DNA of 64,000 bases from the human T2T-CHM13v2.0 reference genome, Homo sapiens, in the NCBI RefSeq assembly GCF_009914755.1, contig NC_060927.1; one strand, given 5' to 3'. Position numbers and translations under genes: made by a program. The notes under the pieces are model-generated. The model worked only from the letters and a program-made list of their open reading frames with translations. It was not told the DNA's origin and did no database searches. The stretch's first letter is position 1. Each line of letters begins with the position of its first letter. This document shows, piece by piece, positions 38,078 to 57,924 of this stretch.

Positions 38078-38723
38078 TTAGACAAAGAAAGTTTGAAAAT
38101 GTTTACAATTAAAAGAACTATTTTTGATTCTACATCAGAAAAAATAAAACTGTGCCCAAAAGAAAGAGGATGAAAGAAGCAATGATGATCAAAGTACTTG
38201 ATAAACATATGGTTAAATCTAAATAAATATTTATGACAAAAATAATAATGACCACTTTTAGGAACATAAAAGCAAACTTAGGCTGGACGTAGTGATTCAT
38301 GCCTGTAATCCCAGCATTTTGGGGGGCCAAGGCAGGAGGATCACTTGGGCCCAGGAGTTCTAGACCAGCCTGGGCAACCTAGCAACACCCCATCTTTACA
38401 AAAAAAAATTTTTTTTAATTAGCTGGGGGTGGTGGTGCATATCTGTAGTCCCAGCTACTGGGGAGGCTGAAGTGAGAGAATCATTCTAGCCCAGGAGGTC
38501 AAGGCTGCAGTGAGCCATGATGGCACCACTGCAGTCCAGCTTGGGTGACAGAGTGAATACCATCTCTAAACAAAGAATAAAGAAATAAAAATAATGTAAC
38601 TTTAAATCTTGCATATAACTTACATACCATTTGAGAGGGGGAGAAAATAAAAGGCAACCATTCTAACAGAAGGCTGGAAAAGTTAAAAACACACAAAGAT
38701 TGTAAGAAATTAGGTAGAAATAA

Positions 38724-39309
<586 letters not shown>

Positions 39310-39761
39310 TTCTTATCCTATCAAACATAAATGGATTATTCCATATGAAAATTCTTAGATCAGATCACTATTTTAAAGATACACTCCTAAAACTTTACTT
39401 TTATTTTTTTGAGATAGGGTCTTGCTGTCTCGCTCTGTTGCCCAGACTGGAGTAGACTGGTGCAATTAGGGCTCACTGCAGCCTCAACCTCCCAGGCCCA
39501 AGTGATCCTTCCACCTCAGCCTCCCGAATAACTCAGACCACAGGCGTGTGTTACCACGCCTAGAGGAATTTTACACCTAAAACTTTGAACAACGCAAGTG
39601 TAAAAGTAAAAAGGTGGTTGCATCAAAAAGCACAGGAGTCGCCTTGAAGGGTTGTCAAAGGTAGGAAGTTTGAGTATAAAAAAAGAATAATTACTATTTT
39701 CAGCAACAGTTACACTATGCTCTAAGCATACTTATATTGAATGAACAAATGAATGAATGAA

Positions 39762-39823
39762 GGGTGGGACATCAGGGTGTGTCTGGGTGGTGCAGGGGCA
39801 GGAGGAGGTCTGATTGTATAAAA
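39762..39823 (+). promoter_or_regulatory. ARGFX: Putative ARGFX core promoter: GGGTG (KLF/SP CACCC-box) cluster followed by TATAAAA (39817-39823)
   Basis: TATA box about 115 nt upstream of a strong CAG|GTAAGC donor, in unique sequence 2.7 kb upstream of the first coding exon. Confidence 0.55.
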
Positions 39824-39844
39824 ATTACATTTAAATACAGGGTC

Positions 39845-39937
39845 TTCTGCATGAGGACACACTAAGGAAACTGCATTTCCAGAGAGAGACACACCACGTA
39901 GGACTGAAAATGGTTACTCTAAGGGGATTCGTGACAG
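39845..39937 (+). other. ARGFX: ARGFX exon 1 (5' leader; start approximate), contains ATG at 39910
   Basis: Near-consensus donor GACAG|GTAAGC at 39937/39938 downstream of the TATA box; TSS inferred. Confidence 0.65.
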
Positions 39938-40814
39938 GTAAGCATGGGGGAGCGGGGAGGGTAGCCAGAATGTGGGGCTTTAAGTGCTCAAAGAGGATTT
40001 GAAAAATCAAAGGAGCAATATTAAAGGATGCAAACCACTCAGCCCATTCACATTAGAGGGACATGATATAGATGGTTGGGGACAGAAGGAAGGTCAGAAA
40101 GACTGACTGTTCACCTCATGAAAATCAGGGAGTGAATGTGAGACTCCTTACTTACTGAGTGTGGTTGTCAGTTCTGCAGGGCTCCCAAACTTTCTCCATC
40201 TGTGTTAGCCAGGCCTTTGGAAATCCTTAATTAGAATGTAAACTCCATCATAGCAACTATTTTTGTGTACTTCGTTCATTGCAGAATCCACAGACCTATG
40301 TAAGTGCCCATTTGTAGGAGGAAGGCAATAAAAAATTGCTGAGTAAATGTGGTTCTGCTAGTGGCAATTCTGCCTTATGCTCTTGATAGCCTCGATCAGG
40401 GAAAGCACTGTAGACCAGTTGAATCGTTTGCTTCTTTGTTTCTTTAATATGCTAGTTTAAGCTACAGACTCTCAATGCCCATCCCAGGAAAGTGGGCCAG
40501 GGTTTAGACTGTGTGTACAAGAGTCAGTAAGACCTGATTCATTCCCAGCTATGCTTCTTCTCTACCTGGCCAAACTTTTAGATCTCATGTCTCTTCATCT
40601 TTAAGAGGTTGATAATAATTGTCCATTACCCCATGTGTTTGTCGAGGATCACATGAATCATGTATATGAAGCACTTGGATGTCTGACGGTATCCTAATGT
40701 TGCTACTGAATGTTACTGCATCATTTATTTACTCTTAGGATTGTACTGAAGAACAGATGCTTAGTGAAGTTTAATTTCTTTTCAATTAAATGCTAAGCCT
40801 TAGGCCATCTGTTG

Positions 40815-41770
<956 letters not shown>

Positions 41771-42637
41771 GTACATTTGTTATAGAATAAGAGTGAAAAA
41801 GTAAAATAACATGCAAGATGTCACCATTGAGGGAGGCTAGCTGAAGTGTGTGCAGCACCTTAACCATATATATTATTTTGCAATTTCTTGTGAATCTGAA
41901 ATTAGTTCAAAATTAAAAGTAAACAAAACAAAACCAGTAAACAACATGGTAATTTTTGCTTTCAATATTCATATATATTCCAAATAGCTTTTAAACATTT
42001 AAGACCTATTATATGTAAGCAGATATTTACCATATGTGTGGCTTTTCCTTTATTCTTGAAGTTCCAATTTTCCCTCTTAGGAAGAATTTTCTTTAATACT
42101 CCACAGAACAGGACTACTGGCCACAGATTCTCATAGTTCAGAGAATGTCTTCATTTCACCTTCTTTCCTGAAAGATATTTTCCCTGGATACGGAATCTGA
42201 GTTGATTGGGAGTGATGGCAAGTGGTGTAAAAAACAATCTAAGTTGACAGTGGTACAAAATCTTTGAAGTGCTAAAAGAACTGTCTTTGTTTCTGATGAG
42301 AAATCTGTGGTCATTTGATCTCTATCTTTTCGTGTATAGATTGCACTTTAACAATCTCATCAAAGAAATATCCCTCTACTTTGAGTCACAAAGATATTGA
42401 CACAGGATTTCTTTTGTTATTTCTAAAGTTTCATTTTTGACAAGTACAGCTAGAGTATTTCTCTATGGTATAAAATATGAATCATTTTCCAGCTGAGGTA
42501 GAGGAATTGGGGGTTAACCTCACTTGCCAGAGGTCATACATCAAGCCCAGGCTCCTTGAAAACATTGCTATCCAGTGAATGAATTCCTCATCAGCATTCC
42601 CTATCTCATAGGCCTTCCATCTCAGATTTCAGAAACC

Positions 42638-42740
42638 ATGAGGAACAGAATGGCCCCAGAGAATCCCCAGCCAGACCCTTTCATCAATAGGAATTATTCC
42701 AACATGAAGGTGATACCACCACAGGATCCAGCTAGTCCCA
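42638..42740 (+). CDS. ARGFX: ARGFX exon 2 coding part (MRNRMAPENPQPDPFINRNYSNMKVIPPQDPASP)
   Basis: Recognised ARGFX N-terminus; ACCATGA start; acceptors CTCAG|42626 and TTCAG|42633; donor CCA|GTGAGT (phase 1). Confidence 0.93.
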
Positions 42741-43249
42741 GTGAGTATCATCCTTCTTTGTCCTCTTTCCTTTTCTACTGCCCCATTCTCATGCAGCCCT
42801 ACAATTGCATTTTGCATTTGTTTTAAGGCAGCTATTGATTGTTTTAAAAAATCTATTCAAAAAGTCTTCCCATCATAAAAGGAGAAATACATTTCAAATC
42901 AAATGTGCCTTTGGCCCATGGTTGATTCAAATTATGAGAGATAAGCTAAGAATATAATATATAGAGCAAGTGAGCATGTTTTTCTAGGAGAAAAGATCTG
43001 AAACATAGACAGATAGAAACTGAGAAATCTCCTTTTCCAAGGCAGGTATATTGTGGCCCAATATGGAAGGAAAATGAAAACAAACAAACAAACAAAAGCT
43101 CATTATTCAGAGTAGTATTGTATACATGTATAAGAAGATTCATTTATATAAGGTGGATCTTAGTGAATTGTTCTGAAATATATATTTGTTATTTGATATT
43201 TTATCCTGGAGATTTCCCAAACATTGTTTGTATACAATGTTTACCTTTA

Positions 43250-46050
<2,801 letters not shown>

Positions 46051-46148
46051 AGTTCAAGACCAGCCTAGGCAATATAGTGAGACCCCATCTTATAAAATAA
46101 ATATATTTACTGAAAGGTATGAAAAGCTCTTTCCAGAAGCATTCAGGG

Positions 46149-46675
46149 CAGCAGTCTCCAACCTTTTTGGCACCAGGGACTGGTTTGTGGAAGACAGTTT
46201 TTCCACGGACTGGTTGGGGGGCTGATTTTGGGATGATCCAAGGACATTACATTTATTGCACATTTTATTTCTATTATTATTACATTGTAATATATAATGA
46301 AATAATTATGCAACTCACCATAATGTAGAATCAGTAGGAGACCTGAGCTTGTTTTCCTGTAACAAGATGCTCCCATCTGTGGCTGATGGGAGACAGTGAC
46401 AGATCACCAGGCATTAGATTCTCATAATGAGCATGCAACTTAGATCCCTCACCTGTGCAGTGCACAATAGGATTCATGCTCCTATGAGAATCTAATGCTA
46501 CCAGCTGATCTGACAGGAGGCGGAGCTCTGGCAATAATGTGAGCTATGGGGAGCGACTGTAAATACAGATAAAGCTTCGCTGACTCATTCGCTGCTCACC
46601 TCCTGCTGTGCGGACCAGTTCCTAACAGGCCATGGACCCATACCAGTTTGTGACCCAGGGGATTAGGGACCCCGG
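46149..46675 (+). mobile_element. MER1A (hAT-Charlie) element
   Basis: CAG..GTC.CCAACCTTTTTGGCACCAGGGAC...GGGACCCC.G; degenerate 8-bp TSD ATTCAGGG/ATTTAGGA. Confidence 0.8.
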
Positions 46676-47134
46676 ATTTAGGAGATGTGGAAGAATATGT
46701 TACACACCAAATAGAATTGTTATTTCTTACATCTCACACAGTACATGGCTAAGAATTTTGCAGAAAATCCCCAGCAGAATGGTAATGTGGAAATAGAGGC
46801 TGCAGGAACATGGTGAGAACTGAGAGAACAGAAGAAAGTTCAGAAAATTGATATGTTTGAAGACCAAATGTATGTACAAATTAGTCATTGCTGTTTCACA
46901 CAATTTCAGTGGTTTTAAAAAAATAAGTATTTGTTGTTGTTTATCAATCTACAAGCCAGGCCAGGTGCAGTAGCTCACGCCTGTAATCTCGGCACTTTGG
47001 GAGGCCGAGGCAGGCGGATCACAGGGTCAAGAGATCGAGATCATCCTGGCCAACATGGTGAGACCCCCCATCTCTACTAAAAATACAAAAATTAGCTGAG
47101 CGTGGTGGCGTGTGCCTGTAGTCCCAGCTACTCA

Positions 47135-47344
<210 letters not shown>

Positions 47345-47688
47345 TTAAAGTAGCCTATGTTGCAGAATATGAGCTCTTTTCGCTATAGTCTCTCATCCTC
47401 TAGAAGGCTAGTCCAGGCTTGGAGGGAGAGAGTGGGTGAGACAGAGAGAGGGCAGGCATGAGAGCGAGCACAGAAGCATGCACGGCCTCTTGAGTGGGGG
47501 GCATCATCACTTCAGAGTGTCACTCTCTGGCTCAATTAAGAAGGTGTGGCTAGGTTGGGCACAGTGCCTCATGCCTGTAATCCCAGCACTTTGGGAGACC
47601 GAGGTGGGTGGATCATTTGAGGGCAGGAGTTTGAGACCAGTGTGGCTGATATGGTGAAACCCCATCTCTAATAAAAGTAAAAAAATTA

Positions 47689-47838
<150 letters not shown>

Positions 47839-48234
47839 TTAAAAAAAAAAGTGTGGTTGGAAATAAATGAAATAAATGTAGGACAAAGAGAAAAGGAAGA
47901 GGAAAATAAGGTCTCATTGTACATAATCTGTGAAGTGACTCAATAAAATAAAGCTATTCTTTTTTATTTTATAAATGTGAAAACTGAGACCCTCCACGTA
48001 AACAGACATTTATGTTTTGCCAAATTTTCTCCTTTTTTTTTTCCTTTTTGTGGAGAATGGGGGTCTCACTATGTTGTCCAGGCTGGTCTTGACTCCCAAG
48101 GTCAAGCAGAATGCTTTGCCTCCCTAAATGCTGAAATTACTGATGTCATCAACAGTGCCCAAACCAAATTTTCTAATAATAATGGACATGTGTGTTCCCT
48201 GAGATTATGGTGGTTTGGATGGTCCAGTGGCTAA

Positions 48235-48495
<261 letters not shown>

Positions 48496-48498
48496 TGA

Positions 48499-48930
<432 letters not shown>

Positions 48931-49059
48931 TAAGATAATGGAGATAAAACAAAAGTACTTGATGACCATTTCTATCAGTTCCATTCTATCTCCTCTCTGA
49001 GGTTGTCATTACAATAGGTTTCTCATAATTTTTGTAGTCTACTCTCTATATATTCATAA

Positions 49060-49352
<293 letters not shown>

Positions 49353-51321
49353 TGACCAGGCTGGTCTTGAACTCGTGACCTCAAGTGATCCGCCCGCCTG
49401 CCTTGGCCTCCCAAAGTGCTGGGATTACAAGCATGAGCCACCACACCTGGCCAGAAAAGTATATTTTACATGTCACATTACCCTGCTGAAAAGACTTCAT
49501 TTTCAGTGACATACTCTAAACTAAAATAAAATTAATTTACAAAAGAGAGGTATGTTGTGCATACAATGTGCCACACATTATTGTAGTGTATTAATGCCTT
49601 TACATTAATAAATCAATATAATTAGTGCCTTACATTAATACATTCATGTAATAAATTTACAAACCCTATTATAAAGTAGGTATTCATTTTTGTGTGTGTG
49701 GCAAGGTCTCATTCTGTTGCCCAGGCTGGAGTGCACTGGCATAATCTCAGCTCACTGCAACTTCTGCCTCCTGGGGTTCAAGCGATTCTCCTACCTCAGC
49801 CTTTTGAGTAGCTGGGATTACAGGTGCTTGCCACCATATCTGGCTAATTTTTGTATTTTTGGTAGAGACAGGGTTTCACCATGTTGGCCAGGCTGGTCTC
49901 AAACTTCTGACTTCAAGCGATCCGCTCGCCTTGGCCTCCCAAAGTGCTGGGAATACAGGCGTGAGCCACCACACCTGGCCAAAAGTACGTACTCTTAACA
50001 TTCCCCCTACCCCACTTTTTTTTTTTTTTTTTTTTTTTTGAGACAGAGTTTCACTCTTGTTGCCCAGGCTGGAGTGCAATGGCGCAATCTTGGCTCACTG
50101 CAACCTCCTGCCTCCCAGGTTCAAGTGATTCTCCTGCCTCAGCCTCCAGAGTAGCTGGGATTACAGGCATGCGCCACCATACCTGGCTAATTTTGTATTT
50201 TTAGTAGAGATGGGGTTTCTCCATGTTCGTCAGGCTGATCTCGAACTCCTGACCTCAGGTGATCCACCCACCTCAGCCTCCCGAAGTGCTGGGATTACAG
50301 GTGTGAGCCACCACATCTGGCCACATTCCCCTTTTATGCTTGATGAAACTGAGGTGGGCTGGGTGTGGTGGCTTCCACCTATAATTCTAGCACTTTGGGA
50401 GGCTGAGGTGCGGAGGATCACTTGAGCCAAGGAGTTTGAGATTAGCCTTAGCAACATAGCAAGACCCCATCTGTATTTAAAAAATTAAAAAATTTTAAAA
50501 AAGAAATTGAGGTGAAGAGTTTGGGTAATAGGTTCATAATCACATTCCTAGAAAAGTATAGTTTTATCTTTTTTTTTTTTTTTTTAAACAGAGTCTCGCT
50601 CTGTTGCCCAGGCTGGAGGGCAGGGGCGCGATCTCGGCTCACTGCAAGTTCTGCCTCCCAGGTTCAGGCCATTCTCCTGCCTCAGCCTCCTGAGTAGCTG
50701 GGACTGCAGGCACCCGCCACCACACCCAGCTATTTTTTTTTTTTTTGTATTTTTAGTAGATATGGGGTTTCACCATGTTAGACAGGATGGTCTTGTTCTC
50801 CTGACCTCGTGATCCACCTGCCTTGGCCTCCCAAAGTGCTGGAATTAAAGGCGTGAGCCACCGTGCCCGGCCTGAAAAGTACTGTTTTAAAAGCAAAATT
50901 TCTACTGTTGAACATATATCAAGATTACTGCTTAAAACTTTTCCACAGTGCAACTTGCATATTATGGACTCCTTGAGCTAATTGAATAAGAAATAGATCA
51001 AAGTTTTCAGAAGACAGCATGTATACATTTAAATTTCTGGAAGAAATGCGCCCCACATGGATGTGAGTTTTCCTGGGATATTATTGGTAGTTGTCCATAT
51101 ATGATGTTTCCTTGACTTAATCTTCCTTATCACATTGCCCTAAAAAATAACTTAGGTCTGCATTTATAATTATTGAAGTATTTGTAACACAAAGTATATC
51201 CTGGTTCCAGGCTTTTTATTTTTCCTTATCTGATACCAAACTGATCTATAGTTTCTTTAATTTTCATTTTAGCCAAGGCTGACTGAAAATACTTTCAAGT
51301 ATATAATGTTTATTTCCACAG

Positions 51322-51425
51322 TACTCTGATGAATAGGGTATCCTTTGTGACTCCTCAGCCACATATTTTAATCAGCATCAGTGATTCCAGCGTGTCCTTG
51401 ATACCACAGGACCAAGCCAGTTCCA
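51322..51425 (+). pseudogene. Diverged intronic paralog of ARGFX exon 2 (MNRVSFVTPQPHILISISDSSVSLIPQDQASS), cryptic or pseudo-exon
   Basis: Hand alignment to exon 2 gives 66/100 nt with a single 3-nt gap; strong TTTCCACAG acceptor; donor is A|GCAAGC. Confidence 0.7.
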
Positions 51426-51710
51426 GCAAGCTCTGTTCCCCTGTGCCCTCTCTGTAGTCTGTATCTCTTCTCAGGGAGCCCACTTGTCCTTCCCTAAGAG
51501 GGTAGTTACCAGGTGTGAATATAACCTAAATCTAGGACTAAATATCTTGTATGTTGGTCATATTTGATTGAGATGGGTTTTCCTGGAATAGAATCAGGAG
51601 GCTGATGAGCTGGGTATGGTGGTGCACATTTAGTCCCAGCTACTGTGAAGGCTGAGGCAGGAGGATCCCTTGAGCCCAGGTGTTAGACACCAGCCTGGGC
51701 AACATAGCGA

Positions 51711-52690
<980 letters not shown>

Positions 52691-53179
52691 TCCTATTTCA
52701 AGGGACATTTTGAATAAATACAGAAGCAAGCTAATGATTCAAAAGTATGTAAAAAGCTAAAAACACACACAAAAACCCACTGCTTCCTTTACTGTATCAT
52801 CTATATGTTTTTTATTTAATTTACTTTTATTATATGTTGTGTTTAGATACACACAAATAGATAGCAAGTTTATTATTATTATTTCTTTTTTGAGGCCGAG
52901 TCTCGCTCTGTTGCCCAGGAGTGCAATGGCATGATCTCAGCTCACTGCAACCTCTGCCTCCCGGGTTCAAGCGACTCTCGTGCCTCAAGTAGCTGGGCTT
53001 ACAGGCACACATCACCACTCCAGGCTAATTTTTGTATTTTTAGTAAAGATGGGGTTTCGCCATGTTGGCTAGGCTGGTCTCAAACTCCTGACCTCAAGTG
53101 GTCTGCCCAAAGTGCTGGGATTACAGGTGTGAGCCACCATGCCTGGCCAAAATAGTAAGTTTAAAGCTTCTAACTTTAC

Positions 53180-53895
<716 letters not shown>

Positions 53896-54771
53896 GAGAG
53901 TAATTGGGTGGTTGGGGAACAGGGATGGTTTCAATTTTGTACTATTTGTACATATTGCTTTTCCAAATAAATGAATAAATCAAGTTCTTATTTTTAAACA
54001 ATTTACAGTTTGTAAATTGTTATTTTTAAACAATTTACAGTAAGTAGTTAGGTTATGGAAGTCACAAATGCACCCCTATGGGATGAGTGTGGGGGGAAAG
54101 TGGTTATCTTAATATTATATAAATAAGTTTCCTGTGGCTTAGAACAAAATTCCCAGTAACAGTATTCCACAGACACATTCCAGAAATATTGTATCACAAA
54201 CTACTTATTTGAAAGTAAAGAATTAGTGCCTGGTAAAACGATGTTATTTAATTAAAAGAACAGGCTCAGAATATTTAAGATATGGCTATCTAAGGTAAAT
54301 ACAGTTTGAGTAGAATAATTTTATTAAATGTGAGCAGAAAAAAATCAATATTTCTAAGTATATTGGATTTCACATATATATATGAACTGAAAAAATAAGA
54401 TATTATAAGTTTAGAAATATGTACATTTAAAGTGGGATTAAATATGTTTTATATAGGTTATTTTCATCTACGTTCGTAAGTGGCATTGCCTATAGTTTTA
54501 TCTATAGTGTTTATTTTTGCCTGATTTTAGTATTGGTATTATGGACTTTTAAGTACAAGAAGGGAGGTCCAAGTGAGGACCTTTCCTCCTTTTACTTTTA
54601 TTTTATTTATTTTTCTAGAGCCAGGGTCTCTCTCTGTTGCCCATGCTGGAGTGCAGTGACATGATAGTAGCTCACAATAGCCTTGATCTCCTGGGTTAAA
54701 GTGATCCTCCCACCTCAGCCTCCCATAGCTGGGACCACAGGCATGTGCTACCATGCCCACCTAATTTTTAA

Positions 54772-55348
<577 letters not shown>

Positions 55349-56108
55349 TGAGACAGGGTCTCACTCTGTCACCCAGGCTGACACATGATTGTGCAGTGAC
55401 ACAATTATGGTTCACTGCAGCCTCAACCTCCCAGGCTCAGGCAATTCTCCCACCTCAGCCTCAAGAATAGTTATTATGCGGTGACAATCATGGTTCACTA
55501 CAGCCTCAACCTCCTGGCTCAAGCAATCCTCCCACCTCAGCCTCAAGAATAGTTGGGACCACAGGTACATGCAACCATGCCCAGCTAATTTTTTAATTTT
55601 TCATAGAGACAGGGTCTCCCTACACTCCCCAGGCTGGTCTCCAACTCCTCCAGTCATGTGATGCTCTTACCTTGGCCTCCCATAAGTGCTGGGATTACAG
55701 GTGTGAGCACATTGTGCTGACCACGTTTGATTTCTTTTCCCCAAAGTAGTGAATAGAGCCTCAGAAATCCCATAAAAGAAAAAGCTCTACCAGGCACGGT
55801 GGTTCACATCTGTAATCCCAACACTTTGGGAGGCCAAGGCAGGAGGATCACTTGAGCCCAGGAGTTCAACATCAGCCTGAGCAATGTAAGGAAACCCCAT
55901 CTCTGTGAAAGAAAAAGTTTTTTAATTAGCCAGGAGGGGTGATAGTGCCTGTAGTCCTAGCTACTCAGGAGGATGAAGCCAGAGGATTGCAGGAGCACAA
56001 GAGTTCAAGGTTACAATGAACTATGATCGTGCCACAGCATTCAGCCTGGGCAATAGAGCAAGACCCCGTCTCTAAAAAAAGAGAGAGAGACAGAGAGAGA
56101 GGAAGCAA

Positions 56109-56172
56109 GGAAGGAAGGAAGGAAGGAAGGAAGGAAGGAAGGAAGGAAGGAAGGAAGGAAGGAAGGAAGGAA
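56109..56172 (+). repeat. (GGAA)16 perfect microsatellite in ARGFX intron 3
   Basis: Counted directly: 64 nt. Confidence 0.95.
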
Positions 56173-56819
56173 AGAAAAGAAGAGCAAAGCAAAGCAAAGC
56201 AAAGAAAAGAGCCTATTTGCCAGATGAGATGGACTGGATTCCTGAACAAATAAATGAAGAGAGGAAACCCATTTAGAAGAGTGGGTTATATTCAGTTGCA
56301 AAGACATGGGGTTTATTCCTAGTTTTTTCTATTTCATAATTAAAAAAATTTTTGGCTAGCTCTTGCACAGAATATTCCTAGTTTCTAGAATAACAAAAGT
56401 GTGAAAAAGATGAGAAGACAGAAGCTACTATCCACTGTCCTGAGGTTAGGTAGGGTAGAAAGACTGAGTACCAGAGAATAAAAGTAAAACAGAAAACTTT
56501 TCAGTGCAGTCAGGGCAGACTGAAACTCAAGGGAGCCAGTTTCCAGAGTGAACAGACTGAGTACACAGAAAATTGAAGAGGTAACTCATGTCCTATCAGA
56601 GACAAAATCTCAGAAAGCGGAGGACAGAGCATTGTTACACAGGGCTCAGCCATTCAGACTCAAGACCTGGGATCTGCATTTTCTGGATCCTAAGCCTGGT
56701 TGGAGGAAAGGCATGAGAGATTCACCATGGTGATTTGTTTTTTGGTTTTTGTTTTTTTGGTTGGGGGGAGAGATTGGTAATGTAAATGTAACCACCCCTT
56801 CTTTATCTCTGCCCTGAAG

Positions 56820-56968
56820 CAATACGGAGAAGGCATAAAGAACGTACTTCTTTCACCCACCAACAGTATGAGGAGCTAGAAGCTCTGTTTAGCCAGACCA
56901 TGTTCCCAGATAGAAATCTTCAGGAGAAACTAGCTTTGAGACTCGACCTACCGGAGTCAACAGTAAAG
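56820..56968 (+). CDS. ARGFX: ARGFX exon 4, homeodomain N-terminal part (AIRRRHKERTSFTHQQYEELEALFSQTMFPDRNLQEKLALRLDLPESTVK)
   Basis: 149 nt; GAAG| acceptor and AAG|GTCTGA donor; PRD-class homeodomain with the intron between homeodomain codons 46 and 47. Confidence 0.95.
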
Positions 56969-57924
56969 GTCTGATCCCCTGTGGTGTGCTTGGTACCCCC
57001 ATCCAAGCCACATTCACCTATCCAGCCTGGAAATTCCCCACCCTCTACCCCTGCCCCACAATAATATTTCATTAATTGAGTACCTACTGAAACGGTATCA
57101 AACTGGGGACATCGCAAATACTGGCCTCACTCTCATGCAGTTTGAAAAATGAGAAAAAATGAGGTTCAGAGGCAAAGTGACTGGGCCACAGAGATAAGAA
57201 ATAGTGTTGCTAGAACTAAAACCCCAGAAATCTTATTTTTAATACTTGTACTATAGAGTTCAAATAGCGGAAAGGTGCTCATCCAGACAGACTCCTCGCT
57301 TAGAGTCTTTTTAAGCAAAGCCCTGCAATCTGTTTATTCATAATGCTACCAACAGACAAATAATACTCCCTCTAACCTCTGAGTCTGCTAAAGCCCATGA
57401 CGTTTTTCTTTTTTCTCTTTTTTTCAGAGATGGGGTCTCACTATGTTGCCCAGGCTGGTCTCAAACTCCTGAGCTCAAGTGATCCTCTCACCTCAGACTC
57501 TCAAAGTGCTGGGATTACAGGTGTGAGCCACCGTGACTGGCCATACATTTTTACTGGAGTATTCCTTATAGGAGAGGCCTCCTAAAATAATCCTTAAAAA
57601 TCCTTCAGTTCAAATTCTTCACCTCTCCCTAGATCCTAGATCCCTAAACTAGCCTCTCTTCTCTAGAGTTCAGGACCCTATCTCTGAACACCCAGCACAA
57701 ACCCTGAAACACACCCGCTTCCTTCCTTTCTGGGGTCCCAGACCTGATCTTCATCATCCCTCCTATTGACTCCAGTCATGCCCATCTCTGCTTTTGCAGA
57801 GCCCAGTGTCATGGTGAATTAGAGAGGACATGAAGATTATAACCTGGCTGTTTTCACTCAGGAGAATCCTCCAATGCCTCCTCCAATAACAGACCACAAT
57901 CTCCCCCTCTTCCCCTACTCCCAG

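Noticed and set aside
49591-49650. Short imperfect tandem repeat TA(A/G)TGCCTT(T)ACATTAATA with TAAT cores, as a possible CRISPR-like or homeodomain autoregulatory array
   Set aside because: Only two degenerate copies in AT-rich DNA; eukaryotic context with no repeat-spacer array.
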